From an uncultured Candidatus Bathyarchaeia archaeon (GTDB lineage: Archaea; Thermoproteota; Bathyarchaeia; Bathyarchaeales; Bathyarchaeaceae): DNA of 57,526 nucleotides. Below are positions 1 through 9,994 of the stretch, piece after piece. Under the pieces are notes generated by a model, which was not told where the DNA came from, searched no databases, and saw only the letters and a program-made list of their open reading frames with translations. The stretch's first letter is position 1, and the number at the start of each line of letters is the position of its first letter. The stretch covers positions 1-57,526 of the forward strand of contig CAYFZQ010000002.1 in NCBI GenBank assembly GCA_964347825.1. Direction: 5' to 3'. Position numbers and translations under genes: made by a program.

Positions 1-194
1 GGAGAAGTCTCGCATTCCACCAAATATACGCTCTTCGAAACTCTTCCCTGCAAGGCTTTTGCAACTTTCATTCCAACGAAATCGTCTCTTCGAAGGGGGT
101 TCCCGATTCCGATAATAGCCACTCTGCGAGAATCGCTCAGCCATTTCTTCAAATCGCCTTCGATGTTACCAGATTCAGCTTGGCGAGGGGTCAT
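1..194 (-). CDS. hydrogenase maturation endopeptidase (HycI/FrhD/HyaD family), N-terminal part only; the gene runs off the left edge
   Basis: Own translation from ATG 194..192 (minus): MTPRQAESGNIEGDLKKWLSDSRRVAIIGIGNPLRRDDFVGMKVAKALQGRV... GIGNPLRxDDxxG is the family signature. It lies downstream of hdrCB on the same strand. It is absent from the ORF track because it is truncated. Confidence 0.7.
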   Translation of the reverse strand, partial: MTPRQAESGNIEGDLKKWLSDSRRVAIIGIGNPLRRDDFVGMKVAKALQGRVSKSVYLVECETS

Positions 195-286
195 AGTCTT
201 CCAACTTAGACCTGTATGGGAGATGGTAAGTCTCTTTGCTCAAATCTTCTATAACTTTTCCCTTCCCCGTTTTGCGGTGAAGTGAT

Positions 287-1162
287 TTACACACTGACTA
301 AGATTTTGGATGCATCAACTCTGAGCTTCTCTAGAGCCAGTTCCTCGGGGCTGAATCCCATGGCTAACCCTAACAGTTGAGGATAATGAAGCACAGGAAT
401 GCCAAAAGTCTCGTTGAAGGTTCGTTCTATTCGGGGCTGGTTAATGTCAAACATCATGTGACAGAAGGGGCAGACGGTAATCAGGGCTTGTGCGCCCGCT
501 TCCTTGATGTGGTTGAGTTTTTCCCTGGATAGCTGGAGTGGAATCCGATCGTTTACACCAATTATCGGTGCGCCACAGCATTCCGTTTCGTCCATGTAAT
601 CTAGGCATTTCGCACCCGTTAGCTCAATCAGGCTTTTGAGCATTACCGGGTTTTCCGGGTCGTCGAACCCGATGTATTTAGTAGGTCGCAGAACATGGCA
701 TCCGTTGTGTTCCGTCACCCTGAGTTGGCTGAGGGGTTTTACAATTGTCTCCTTTATTTTCTCAAATCCAACCTCTTCAGTGAGCACCTGTACAAGGTGT
801 CTGACCTTTATCGTTCCCTTGAACTCCATTCCTATTTCCTTGAGGTATTCGTTGACTTTCTCCTTGAGTTCTTTTTCTTCCTGAAGGGTCTTGTTCACTT
901 TGCGCAGAGTGCCAGAGCAGCCTGGGCAGAGGGCCATGATGTTTAAGCCTTGTTGTTCCGCTAGGCAGAGGTTCCGCGCTGCTAGGGTTAGCATCATGTC
1001 ATGACTCACTGGATCTAATGGAAGCCCACAGCAGTTGAACTCAGGCATCTCCACCAATTCCACATTGAGCTTTTCGAGGACTTTTCGAGCGGAGATCTCG
1101 TAACTTGAGATTCTGTAGGGAATAACGCAGCCTAGAAAGAACAGATACTTGAGTTCTGGCAT
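287..1162 (-). CDS. hdrB: heterodisulfide reductase subunit B-like (two CCG domains)
   Basis: ORF 287..1312 trimmed to ATG 1162 (MPELKYLFFLGC...), 1 nt after the hdrC stop. Two Cys-rich CCG motifs: EFNCCGLP...LCPGC and ETECCGAP...VCPFC. Confidence 0.85.
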   Translation of the reverse strand: MPELKYLFFLGCVIPYRISSYEISARKVLEKLNVELVEMPEFNCCGLPLDPVSHDMMLTLAARNLCLAEQQGLNIMALCPGCSGTLRKVNKTLQEEKELKEKVNEYLKEIGMEFKGTIKVRHLVQVLTEEVGFEKIKETIVKPLSQLRVTEHNGCHVLRPTKYIGFDDPENPVMLKSLIELTGAKCLDYMDETECCGAPIIGVNDRIPLQLSREKLNHIKEAGAQALITVCPFCHMMFDINQPRIERTFNETFGIPVLHYPQLLGLAMGFSPEELALEKLRVDASKILVSV

Positions 1163-1163
1163 T

Positions 1164-1715
1164 TCAGTCCCTCTGCTTTTCAAGCGTCTTTGAAAAGCCT
1201 GTTGCCTTGAACAGTTTTGCCATGCTCTCGAGGTCTGCTCTTGGCAAAGGCGGCAATCCTCGTTCTTCCCTTCGCTTGAGACGCATTTCTGGAATCTTGT
1301 AGGCGTAGCCATTCTTCATGATGTCGGCAGCCAGTTCCCGATAAACGCGAGGCATAAGCCCCTCTTCAACCGCCAGATTTCTGAGGACTCGCAAGACCCC
1401 TGCAATTTCCACGTCTTGTGGACAATGGTCTACACATGTGAAGCAGGCGGCGCAGAGCCAGATAACATCGCTTGAGAGGATCCGGTCCTTCAACCCCAAC
1501 TGCGTCATTCGCATAAGTCTGCGAGGCCTGTAGTAATCGCTGAACCGCGCGATAGGGCAATCAGCAGTGCAAGTCCCGCATTGGAAGCACAGCATTATTT
1601 TTTCTCCGCCAGGGATCTCGCTTATTTTGTACTTGAAGCGGGGATCAATCTCGCTTGATTTGACTATCTGCTTGTCACTTGCCCCGGTTTCTGCCTTCTT
1701 TTCTGTGTTAGCCAT
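1164..1715 (-). CDS. hdrC: heterodisulfide reductase subunit C-like (2x[4Fe-4S] ferredoxin)
   Basis: CFQCGTCTADCP and CAACFTCVDHCP motifs. ATG 1715 is preceded by a G-rich SD (ggggg). The track start at TTG 1730 is an alternative. Confidence 0.85.
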   Translation of the reverse strand: MANTEKKAETGASDKQIVKSSEIDPRFKYKISEIPGGEKIMLCFQCGTCTADCPIARFSDYYRPRRLMRMTQLGLKDRILSSDVIWLCAACFTCVDHCPQDVEIAGVLRVLRNLAVEEGLMPRVYRELAADIMKNGYAYKIPEMRLKRREERGLPPLPRADLESMAKLFKATGFSKTLEKQRD

Positions 1716-1730
1716 TGCTGATTCCCCCAA

Positions 1731-2111
1731 CCTTCAGAGGGGTCGGGCCGAGTTTCTTTATTTCCTTCGTCATGTCCTTAATAATGGTTGCGAATCTAGC
1801 TCCCTCAGAGGCTGAGACCCACTCCAGTCTTAGCGCTCAGGCTTTAGACCTAACTGCTCCAAAACCTTATCCAATATTAAAACTCTCTGTTGTGCTCTGT
1901 AATTTCCAAAGAGGCAGTGGCAGAGACTTTTGAGGGATAGACAAACGTCCCTGAAATGCATTTCTACTAAAAATATGATAATTAGCACAATATTCTTGGT
2001 CACATTATTTCTCATTCAATTCTCTAGCGCGCACAGGCCAAATAAATGGCTAACCTTAAATTTCAGTAGCTATATTCTTTTGTTCTTTACTAAGAGATTG
2101 ACGTAAGTTGC
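1731..2111. promoter_or_regulatory. divergent intergenic/promoter region between hdrCB-protease and mvhGA-hdrACB
   Basis: 380-bp AT-rich stretch with only short junk ORFs. TATA-like boxes ccttaaattt (2054..2063, plus, about 50 nt before mvhG) and attattaagg (reverse of 1776..1785, about 50-60 nt before hdrC). Confidence 0.3.
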
Positions 2112-3059
2112 GTGAATGACATGGAGAAACTGAAATTCGCTTTCTACTGGGCAGCCAGCTGCGGCGGTTGCGAAATAGCGGTGTTGGATATAAACGAAAA
2201 GATCTTGGACGTGGTTGCCAAAGTAGATATCGTCTTTTGGCCAGTCGCGATAGACATCAAATACAAAGATGTAGAAGCAATGCCCGACAAATACATCGAC
2301 GTTTGCTTCTTCAACGGCGCAATTCGAAATGCAGAACAGGAACACATAGCCAAACTGCTGCGAAAAAAATCCAAAGTCCTTGTGGCTTTTGGATCGTGCG
2401 CTTGCGACGGATGCGTAGTAGGTCTCGGAAACCTCTGGGACAAAGAGACCATCTTTGAACGAGCCTACCTCGAAACGCCCTCGACGAAAAACCCTGAATC
2501 CACAACCCCGAAAACTTCGCTTAAGATCGACGAAGGCGAGCTGAAGCTACCTGAATTCTATGACACCGTGAAGACCCTCGCCCAGACCGTAGATGTAGAT
2601 TATTTTCTCTCGGGGTGCCCCCCACCGATCCCGTCCATACTCCAAGCTGTTGGCGCGATATTCAACAACAAGTTGCCACCTAAGGGATCCAGTTTGCTGC
2701 CCAACAAGTCCATCTGTGACGAATGCCCAAGAGAGAAGAACGACAGGAAGCTCTCGGAAATAAAGAGAATCTACGAAATCGAGGACGACATGAAGACCTG
2801 TTTCTGGGACCAAGGCGTAATATGCATGGGCCCAGCCACCCGATCCGGTTGCGGTGCGCAGTGCCCAAACGTGAATATACCGTGCACGGGTTGTGACGGC
2901 CCAGGTCCACGAGTAACAGATCAGGGCGCTGCCGCCATCAGCGCCCTAGCATCCATCGCCACCAATCCCGAAGTCATCAACCAAGCTGTGGATCCAATAG
3001 GAACCTTTTACAAATATTCCTTAGCAAATTCCATTCTCCGCAGGAAGGTGACAAAATGA
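2112..3059 (+). CDS. mvhG: [NiFe]-hydrogenase small subunit, F420-non-reducing (Mvh/group 3c-like)
   Basis: N-terminus FAFYWAASCGGCEIAVLDI plus a distal Cys cluster (SGCGAQCPNVNIPCTGCDGP). The stop overlaps the mvhA start (ATGA). The start may be ATG 2121 instead of GTG 2112. Confidence 0.85.
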   Translation: MNDMEKLKFAFYWAASCGGCEIAVLDINEKILDVVAKVDIVFWPVAIDIKYKDVEAMPDKYIDVCFFNGAIRNAEQEHIAKLLRKKSKVLVAFGSCACDGCVVGLGNLWDKETIFERAYLETPSTKNPESTTPKTSLKIDEGELKLPEFYDTVKTLAQTVDVDYFLSGCPPPIPSILQAVGAIFNNKLPPKGSSLLPNKSICDECPREKNDRKLSEIKRIYEIEDDMKTCFWDQGVICMGPATRSGCGAQCPNVNIPCTGCDGPGPRVTDQGAAAISALASIATNPEVINQAVDPIGTFYKYSLANSILRRKVTK

Positions 3060-4510
3060 AAGAAATAGTCATAGACCCAATCACGAGGCTTGAAGGTCAC
3101 GGAAAAATCACGATATTTCTGAACGACCAAGGAAACGTGGAAAACGCTTACTTCCAAGTTCCCGAACTGCGAGGTTTTGAGAAATTCTGCGAAGGCAGAA
3201 GGGCAGAAGACTTACCAATCATAACGACGAGAATCTGTGGAGTCTGCCCAGTTGCCCATCACATGGCGGCCGCAAAAGCCGTAGACGCAGCATTCAATGT
3301 GGAGCCAACAGAAACCGCTAAGAAACTGAGAGAACTCGAATACTGTGGCTACTATATCTACGATCACATTCTCCACTTCTACTTCTTAGGAGGCCCAGAC
3401 TTCGTTGTGGGACCAGATGCCCCACCAGCAAAGAGAAACATTCTTGGAGTGATAGAGAAGGCCGGACTTGACATCGCCAAAGAAGTGATAAAACACAGAG
3501 CCTACGGACAAAAAATAACAGGCATTCTTGGTGGCCGCCCCACTCATCCGGTGAGCGCTTTACCAGGTGGCATTTCGAAGTTTCTGTCCGAGGAAGAACG
3601 ACAGGAAATCGAGAAGATGGTCGAGAGCTGTCGAGAATTCGCAAAATTCTCCTTAGGCCTCTTCGACGACGTGGTCCTTAAAAATGTTGACTACGTAAAT
3701 CTGATCACAAGCGAGCCCTATGCTCTGAAAACGTATTACATGGGGACCGTGGACGAAAACAATAGAGTCAACTTTTATGATGGCAACATCCGAGTGGTTG
3801 ACCCCGAAGGAAAGGAGTTTGTGAAATTTGCACCTTCTGAATATCTAGACGTAATTGAAGAACATGTTGAACCATGGACTTACGTCAAACTACCTTATCT
3901 GAAGAAGATAGGATGGAAAGGCCTCGTGGCAGGACCACAAAGCGGGATTTACCGAGTTGGGCCCCTCGGAAGGCTGAACGCCGCAGAAGGCATGGCGACC
4001 CCCCTAGCCCACAAGGAATATGAACGAATGTACAAGACGCTTGGCGGAAAACCCGTGCACGCAACTCTAGCGTTCCATTGGGCTCGACTGATAGAACTCA
4101 TGTATGCCACTGAACGGGCCTTGGAACTCATAACAGATGCAGACATAACGAAGAAGGATATCAGAAACAAACCCGGAGCCCCTGGCGAAGGCGTTGGGAT
4201 CGTCGAGGCTGCCAGAGGCACACTGATTCACCATTACAAACTGGATGAAAACGCGTTGGCGAAGAAAGTCAACCTCATCGTGGCCACGACCCACAACGCT
4301 CCGGGCATCTGTATGTCCATAAAAAACGCTGCCAAAGGCCTGATACACAACGGTGAAGTCAGCGATGGCCTACTGAACAAGGTGGAGATGGCCTTTAGAG
4401 CCTATGATCCATGCTTCGCCTGCGCCACCCACTTCGCCATCGGGGACATGCCCTTGAAAGTAGAGATTTATGATCATGAGAAACGGTTGTTGGACACAAT
4501 AAAGAGGTGA
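3056..4510 (+). CDS. mvhA: [NiFe]-hydrogenase large subunit, Mvh/group 3c-like
   Basis: RLEGHGKI, N-terminal Ni-binding [10 protein letters not shown] and C-terminal DPCFACATH, followed by a 25-aa tail of the kind removed by the maturation protease. Confidence 0.9.
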   Translation: MKEIVIDPITRLEGHGKITIFLNDQGNVENAYFQVPELRGFEKFCEGRRAEDLPIITTRICGVCPVAHHMAAAKAVDAAFNVEPTETAKKLRELEYCGYYIYDHILHFYFLGGPDFVVGPDAPPAKRNILGVIEKAGLDIAKEVIKHRAYGQKITGILGGRPTHPVSALPGGISKFLSEEERQEIEKMVESCREFAKFSLGLFDDVVLKNVDYVNLITSEPYALKTYYMGTVDENNRVNFYDGNIRVVDPEGKEFVKFAPSEYLDVIEEHVEPWTYVKLPYLKKIGWKGLVAGPQSGIYRVGPLGRLNAAEGMATPLAHKEYERMYKTLGGKPVHATLAFHWARLIELMYATERALELITDADITKKDIRNKPGAPGEGVGIVEAARGTLIHHYKLDENALAKKVNLIVATTHNAPGICMSIKNAAKGLIHNGEVSDGLLNKVEMAFRAYDPCFACATHFAIGDMPLKVEIYDHEKRLLDTIKR

Positions 4511-4513
4511 TAC

Positions 4514-6940
4514 GTGAAAATGGACGGCGCTAAGGTTGGAGTGTTTCTATCTGAAAGTGGAACCGAACTCTCAAAAATCTTGGATCTAGATGCTATAACC
4601 AGTTATGCGAAAAACATCCCAGGCGTGGTTCTCGTCGAGAGAGAAAGCGAGTTTTGGCGTGGCAAAGGACTGCAGACCATTTCCGAGGCTGTGAAGAATA
4701 GAAAGGTAAACAGAGTCGTCGTCGCAGATACGTTGCCAAAGCTCAGTGAAGTCAAGATTGCACAAGCGGTTCAGGACGCTGGCCTCAACCCCTATCTCGT
4801 GGAATTTCTCGATCTCAAGCACCACTGTGCCTGGCCCCATCGCGAAACACCTGGTGAAGCTACCGAAAAGGCCAAAGCTATGCTCTTGGCTGCTACGGAA
4901 CGCGCCAAGCTGCTTGAGCCGCTCGAGAAGCTCGAGTTTCCAGCGCTCAAATCTGTACTGGTAATAGGCGGAGGAATAGCAGGCATACAGACAGCCATAG
5001 ACTTAGCGGACTTGGGATTCAAAGTGAACCTAGTGGAAAAGGAGCCATTTCTCGGCGGCCTAGCGGCGCGGGCAGGTCGATTCTTCCCAACGGACGACTG
5101 CGCGATCTGCGTCCAATCTCCAGCCTCTGATGTCAAGACGATCACGCACACGTCCCGGAAGTGCATATACCGATCCGGTTTCACTGAGATTCCTAACCTG
5201 AATATCCTAACCAATTCAGAAGTCGTCAGTGTGGATGGAGTTCCTGGAAAATATAGCGTCACCATAGAAAAAAGACCGAGATACGTCAACGAATCAAAGT
5301 GCGTGAGCTGTGACCTTTGCACCGCTGTCTGTCCTGTGGAAGTACCAGACGACTACAACGCCAAGCTGGACACCCGCAAAGCCATATACATGAACACCCC
5401 CAATGTTCATCCACCCGTCTACGTCATCGACGAAAGCGCCTGCAAGTTTCACGACTGCGCCAGATGCGTTGAAGTTTGCCCGACCGACGCTATCGAATTG
5501 GACCAGAAGAGCGAGAAGACAACTCTCAACGTCGGCAGCATAATAGTGGCCACAGGCTTCCAAGAGTATGATTCCAGCGTCATAAAGGAGTACCACTACG
5601 ACGACTACCCAGACGTCATAACTAATCTTGAACTCGCACGAATGATCGACGGCTTCGGACCCACCACAGGCGTAATTATCCGACCTTCAAACCACAAACC
5701 CGCCAAAAAGGTGGTCATGATACAATGTGTCGGATCACGAGACAAGCGATGGAACGAATACTGTTCGGGCATCTGCTGCATGATCTCCTTGAAACATGCA
5801 ACGCTGATTAAGCAAGCTTACCCCGAAACAGACGTCACTATATGCTACATCGATATGAGAACCACGGGGAGGGAGCATGAGGATTACTATGAACGAGCCA
5901 GGGAGATGGGCATCAAGTTCGTCAAGGGCAGACCGACCGAAGTGACACGAGACCCCGAAACGGACAAATTGATAGTCGATGTGGAAGATGCGCTTTTGAA
6001 ACGATTCTTGGAATTAGACGCTGACTTGGTGGTACTGGCCCCCGCCATGGTGCCCGCAGAAGGCACCAAAGAACTAGCTGAGATGTTGGGCCTCGAGTTG
6101 GGTGAAGATGGGTTCTTCAAAGAGTACAATGCTAAGCTGCGACCCACAGAGACTAAGTTGAGAGGCATATACCTCTGTGGTGGAACAACCTTTCCGAAGG
6201 ACGCACCGACCACGTCACTTCATGCTCATTCAGCAGCCATGAAGGCTACGAAGTTCTTGAAGACCGGCAAGATAATCAAAGATCAAAGGACCGCGGTAAT
6301 CGACGAAGAATACTGCGGTGACTGTGAGTTCTGCCCCGTCACGTGCCCCTATGGCGCGATAAGCTTGGAGCCAACAACTGAAGACCATTTCGTGGCGCGG
6401 GTTTCCGAACTCCTTTGCGAAGGCTGTGGGATTTGTGTAGGAACTTGTCCGCTGAACGCTATTGAGCTCAGACATTCGCGCCCGAATCAGATGCTGGCCC
6501 AGATGAAGGGACTTATGGCTGTAAATGGAACATCCAAACCGCTCGTTTTGGCAATGTGCTGTTCAGAATGTGGCCATACAGCCGTAGACTCCTCAGGCAT
6601 GGCGATGATGAATTATTCAGCCAATGTCCGGGTGATGAAGGTGCCGTGTACGGGCATACTGCAAGCGCATCAATTCCTGGAAGCCTTCAAAGCTGGCGCG
6701 CAAGGGGTGATGGTTGTAGGATGTAAGAGTGACGGTTGTCACTATGAGGTTGGTAGCCAGAAGGCGGAAAAGAAAGTGGCGCTCACGAGAACACTGCTGA
6801 AGGAATACGGCATCGAGCCAGAGAGATTGGAGATGTTCAACATGGTGTACATTGAAGGCGACAAGTTCGTCGAAGCCGCACAGTTGATGACTCAGAGAGT
6901 GGAGGAGTTAGGTCCGCTTCAAATCCCTCGAGAGGGCTAG
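4514..6940 (+). CDS. hdrA: HdrA-like flavoprotein fused to a C-terminal MvhD-like domain; N-terminal Cys set degenerate
   Basis: FAD fold GGGIAGIQTA, FPTDDCAIC, two ferredoxin inserts (CVSCDLCTAVCP, CARCVEVCP; CGDCEFCPVTCP, CEGCGICVGTCP). The MvhD-like end is LAMCCSECGH...VPCTG...VVGCKSDGCHY. ATG 4520 with SD agaggtga is the likelier start. Confidence 0.88.
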   Translation: MKMDGAKVGVFLSESGTELSKILDLDAITSYAKNIPGVVLVERESEFWRGKGLQTISEAVKNRKVNRVVVADTLPKLSEVKIAQAVQDAGLNPYLVEFLDLKHHCAWPHRETPGEATEKAKAMLLAATERAKLLEPLEKLEFPALKSVLVIGGGIAGIQTAIDLADLGFKVNLVEKEPFLGGLAARAGRFFPTDDCAICVQSPASDVKTITHTSRKCIYRSGFTEIPNLNILTNSEVVSVDGVPGKYSVTIEKRPRYVNESKCVSCDLCTAVCPVEVPDDYNAKLDTRKAIYMNTPNVHPPVYVIDESACKFHDCARCVEVCPTDAIELDQKSEKTTLNVGSIIVATGFQEYDSSVIKEYHYDDYPDVITNLELARMIDGFGPTTGVIIRPSNHKPAKKVVMIQCVGSRDKRWNEYCSGICCMISLKHATLIKQAYPETDVTICYIDMRTTGREHEDYYERAREMGIKFVKGRPTEVTRDPETDKLIVDVEDALLKRFLELDADLVVLAPAMVPAEGTKELAEMLGLELGEDGFFKEYNAKLRPTETKLRGIYLCGGTTFPKDAPTTSLHAHSAAMKATKFLKTGKIIKDQRTAVIDEEYCGDCEFCPVTCPYGAISLEPTTEDHFVARVSELLCEGCGICVGTCPLNAIELRHSRPNQMLAQMKGLMAVNGTSKPLVLAMCCSECGHTAVDSSGMAMMNYSANVRVMKVPCTGILQAHQFLEAFKAGAQGVMVVGCKSDGCHYEVGSQKAEKKVALTRTLLKEYGIEPERLEMFNMVYIEGDKFVEAAQLMTQRVEELGPLQIPREG

Positions 6941-6959
6941 AGAGGATTGTGGAAACAGA

Positions 6960-7475
6960 ATGGAACCTAGAGAAAAGAGGAGGGCTAGGAGTCCAGAGTT
7001 CTCCGACGCAGTTACAAGCCGTCTAGGCGGCGAAACCATAACACTCTGTTATCAATGTGGAACCTGCGCCAGCAGTTGCCCTGTAGCGAGAATCACCGAG
7101 CGCTTTAACCCCAGAGAAGTCATCAGACTCTCACTCTTGGGAGAAAAGGATGAAGTCCTCTCCACCGATGCCATATGGCTATGCTGTTCCTGCTACAACT
7201 GCCAAGAAAGATGTCCACAGAAGGTTGAGATAGCGGATGTAATCTACGCACTGCGGAATATCGCCTTTAGAGAAGGTCACATACCGGACATTTATTCAGA
7301 ATTCGCGTCAACAATTTTGAACAACGGGCGCATAGCCACCGTTTCCAAATTCGTCGAGAAGAAGAGACCAGCCCTTGGGCTACCGCCGCTTCAACCAACA
7401 GGATTAGACGACGTCAGAAAGATCCTTTCGGCAACGGGGTATGAAAAGCTTCGACAGAAAGAGGAGGACGCCTAA
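6960..7475 (+). CDS. hdrC: heterodisulfide reductase subunit C-like
   Basis: CYQCGTCASSCP and CCSCYNCQERCP motifs. The stop overlaps the hdrB start. Confidence 0.88.
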   Translation: MEPREKRRARSPEFSDAVTSRLGGETITLCYQCGTCASSCPVARITERFNPREVIRLSLLGEKDEVLSTDAIWLCCSCYNCQERCPQKVEIADVIYALRNIAFREGHIPDIYSEFASTILNNGRIATVSKFVEKKRPALGLPPLQPTGLDDVRKILSATGYEKLRQKEEDA

Positions 7476-8350
7476 TGTCAAGCTACGCCATATTCCTAGG
7501 CTGCACTATCCCCGCCCGTCAACAGAGCTACGAATTGTCAGCACGGAAGTCCTTGGACAAACTTGGAATCCAGCTCATCGATCTAGCCAACATGACGTGT
7601 TGCTGCCCCCCACCAATCCAGTCCATCGACCTGGAAACCAGCCTGGCTGTCGCTACATACAACATCTGCCTCGCTGAAGATGCTGACCTTGATGTGATCA
7701 CGCTTTGCACAGGTTGCTTTGAATCCCTCGCCATGACAAATACCATGTTGAAAGAGAAGGAACAACTGAAGGCTAGAGTAAACAAAATCTTGTCAAATGT
7801 TGGAAGAGAGTTCAAGGGCAACAAAGAAGTCAAACACTATCTACAGGTCCTAAAGGACGATGTTGGCGTAGACCAACTCAAGCAAAACATCTCCAAACCC
7901 CTACGCGATCTAAAGGTAGCCTCCTTTTCCGGCTGCCACTTGCTCAGACCCAGCGCACTTTTGAAGGTCGATGACCCCGAACGGCCACGCCTCTTCGACA
8001 ACCTGATCGAAGCTCTCGGGGCAAAGAGTATTGAGTATCGAAACAAGTTGAAATGCTGTGGTGGCCTCTTAAGAGGCTACTCCGACGACCTCGCGCTGAA
8101 CATTGCACGAGAAAAACTCGCTAACACCACTAAAGCAGGCGCGGATTGCATCTCAACACTCTGCCCGTTCTGTTTCGTCGCACTAGATCTTGGACAGCTT
8201 CAGATAAGGTCGAAGCTCCAAGAAGAGTTCAATATGCCCATAATTCACTACACAGAGCTTCTGAGTCTAGCCTTAGGAATCCCTCCCAAGGAGTTGGCCC
8301 TAGAAACCCACAAGATAAAACTCGACAAGATCGTGGATAAGATTTCCTAG
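7475..8350 (+). CDS. hdrB: heterodisulfide reductase subunit B-like
   Basis: Collinear with the other HdrB. The motifs read NMTCCCPPP...LCTGC and KLKCCGGL...LCPFC. Confidence 0.85.
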   Translation: MSSYAIFLGCTIPARQQSYELSARKSLDKLGIQLIDLANMTCCCPPPIQSIDLETSLAVATYNICLAEDADLDVITLCTGCFESLAMTNTMLKEKEQLKARVNKILSNVGREFKGNKEVKHYLQVLKDDVGVDQLKQNISKPLRDLKVASFSGCHLLRPSALLKVDDPERPRLFDNLIEALGAKSIEYRNKLKCCGGLLRGYSDDLALNIAREKLANTTKAGADCISTLCPFCFVALDLGQLQIRSKLQEEFNMPIIHYTELLSLALGIPPKELALETHKIKLDKIVDKIS

Positions 8351-8452
8351 CAACAACGCCACGAATAATATCGCGGGTCAGCGACTTCTGCATCATAATC
8401 GATAAATGTTTTATAAATCATGCTTTTTTTCTTATGACACACATACGATGAG

Positions 8453-8878
8453 GTGAAAAAACTGCCAACCATAAAAGCGACGGCCGAATGGATAGAAAAT
8501 GTCCGCAGTTTAGCTGACAATTCGAGGACCCACAGTCTAACACTAGATCTTCCGAAGGGCAAAGGTGGAGATGACACAGGACCCACCGCGCTAGAACTGG
8601 CTATCATGTCTCTAGCTGATTGTGCCGTCACCATCTTTGCGGATGTCTGTAAACAGAGTAAGATAGAACTTGGCGAGTTGAAGGCTGTAGCCGAAGCGGA
8701 AAAGCCTGCTGATTCATCGAAACTAACCCGCGTAAAAATGACTGTCAACGTGTCTGCAAAGGGGAGAAAACCATTGGTGGACGCGGTGTGGCGAAGAACT
8801 GAAGCAATGTGCCCAGTAGTATCTATATTCAAAGATCCGATACCCTTGGAAATCGAGTTCAAAGCAACTGTCACGTGA
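8453..8878 (+). CDS. OsmC/Ohr-family peroxiredoxin-like protein
   Basis: GPTALELAIMSLADCAV and EAMCPV carry the two conserved Cys of the OsmC fold. The antisense ORF 8347..8874 has no motifs. Confidence 0.7.
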   Translation: MKKLPTIKATAEWIENVRSLADNSRTHSLTLDLPKGKGGDDTGPTALELAIMSLADCAVTIFADVCKQSKIELGELKAVAEAEKPADSSKLTRVKMTVNVSAKGRKPLVDAVWRRTEAMCPVVSIFKDPIPLEIEFKATVT

Positions 8879-9151
8879 CTCCTTCAATCTTCCCGATTCA
8901 GACTCCGAAAGCAGTCATTTTCTCCACGCTTGACAAGCTGTCAGTTCAGAACCCCACCGCAAGGGAAACTTGGAAGAGACAGACTCTTTTGTGCGAATTA
9001 GTTGACCCAGCAGAATAGCCCGGGACCGAAACGAAACTCCGAGCTGAGGGCATAATCTTTTTCTGTGGCTCCTCGCACTCTATTAGCTCTTCACGGAAAA
9101 GTCTGCGCATCAAGAAAGCAAAGCAACATTAAGGAAGAAGAGAGGGCCATC

Positions 9152-9994
9152 ATGTACGAGATCTTGGAGAAGGAGAAGTGGCACGACGTCATTTATTCTA
9201 TGCGAGTCGATGCCCCGTTTGTGGCGAAGGTCGCGCAACCTGGACAATTCGTCATTTTGATGACCACTGAAAAAGGAGAACGAATACCGTTAACCATTGC
9301 CGACTACGACCCAAAAGAAGGATGGGTACAGATCGTGTTCCAGACTGTCGGCAAGACGACGACAGAGTTGGCTAAAATGAATGAGGGAGATACCCTCTTC
9401 TCATTCGTTGGACCATTAGGTAACCCTTCAGAGATCGACAAGTACGGCACGGTGGTGACGGTGGGAGGAGGAACAGGTATCGCCTGTGTCTATCCCATAA
9501 CGCGAGCGCTAAAGGCAGCTGGTAACCGAGTGATCGCCATCATCGGAGCCAAGACAAAAGAGCTAATCATCATGGAAGAGGAGATGAGAAAGGCGTCCAC
9601 CGAGCTCTTGATTACGACTGATGATGGGAGCTATGTGCGAAAAGGGTTTGTCTCCGATGTCTTGGACGAAGTGCTGCAAAGAGAAAAAGATGTAAAGAAG
9701 ATATGGGCTGTCGGCCCCGCCATAATGATGAAGGTTATCTCTGATGTCACTAAACCGTACAATATGGAGACAATCGTGTGTCTCAACGCCGTAATGGTGG
9801 ATGGGACAGGTATGTGCGGCTCATGCAGGGTGACAGTGGATGGCGAGACAAAACTCACCTGTGTGGATGGCCCGGAATTCAACGGGCACCTAATAGATTG
9901 GCCCGAGTTCATGAACCGCTTGCGGAGATATGAGAAATCGGAACAACGCGCGCTGGAGCGCTATGAAGAAACTCGGCAATGCGAGGCGAAATGA
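9152..9994 (+). CDS. nfnA: NfnA/SudB-like ferredoxin:NADP oxidoreductase small subunit (PyrK-type FAD/[2Fe-2S])
   Basis: Track ORF trimmed to ATG 9152 (MYEILEKE...). GGGTGIA nucleotide fold and MVDGTGMCGSCRV [2Fe-2S] motif. Confidence 0.8.
   Translation: MYEILEKEKWHDVIYSMRVDAPFVAKVAQPGQFVILMTTEKGERIPLTIADYDPKEGWVQIVFQTVGKTTTELAKMNEGDTLFSFVGPLGNPSEIDKYGTVVTVGGGTGIACVYPITRALKAAGNRVIAIIGAKTKELIIMEEEMRKASTELLITTDDGSYVRKGFVSDVLDEVLQREKDVKKIWAVGPAIMMKVISDVTKPYNMETIVCLNAVMVDGTGMCGSCRVTVDGETKLTCVDGPEFNGHLIDWPEFMNRLRRYEKSEQRALERYEETRQCEAK

Noticed and set aside
8347-8874. 175-aa minus-strand ORF
   Set aside because: It is antisense to the OsmC-like gene, which carries the two family-specific Cys motifs. 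The antisense product is S/A-rich with no recognisable domain.
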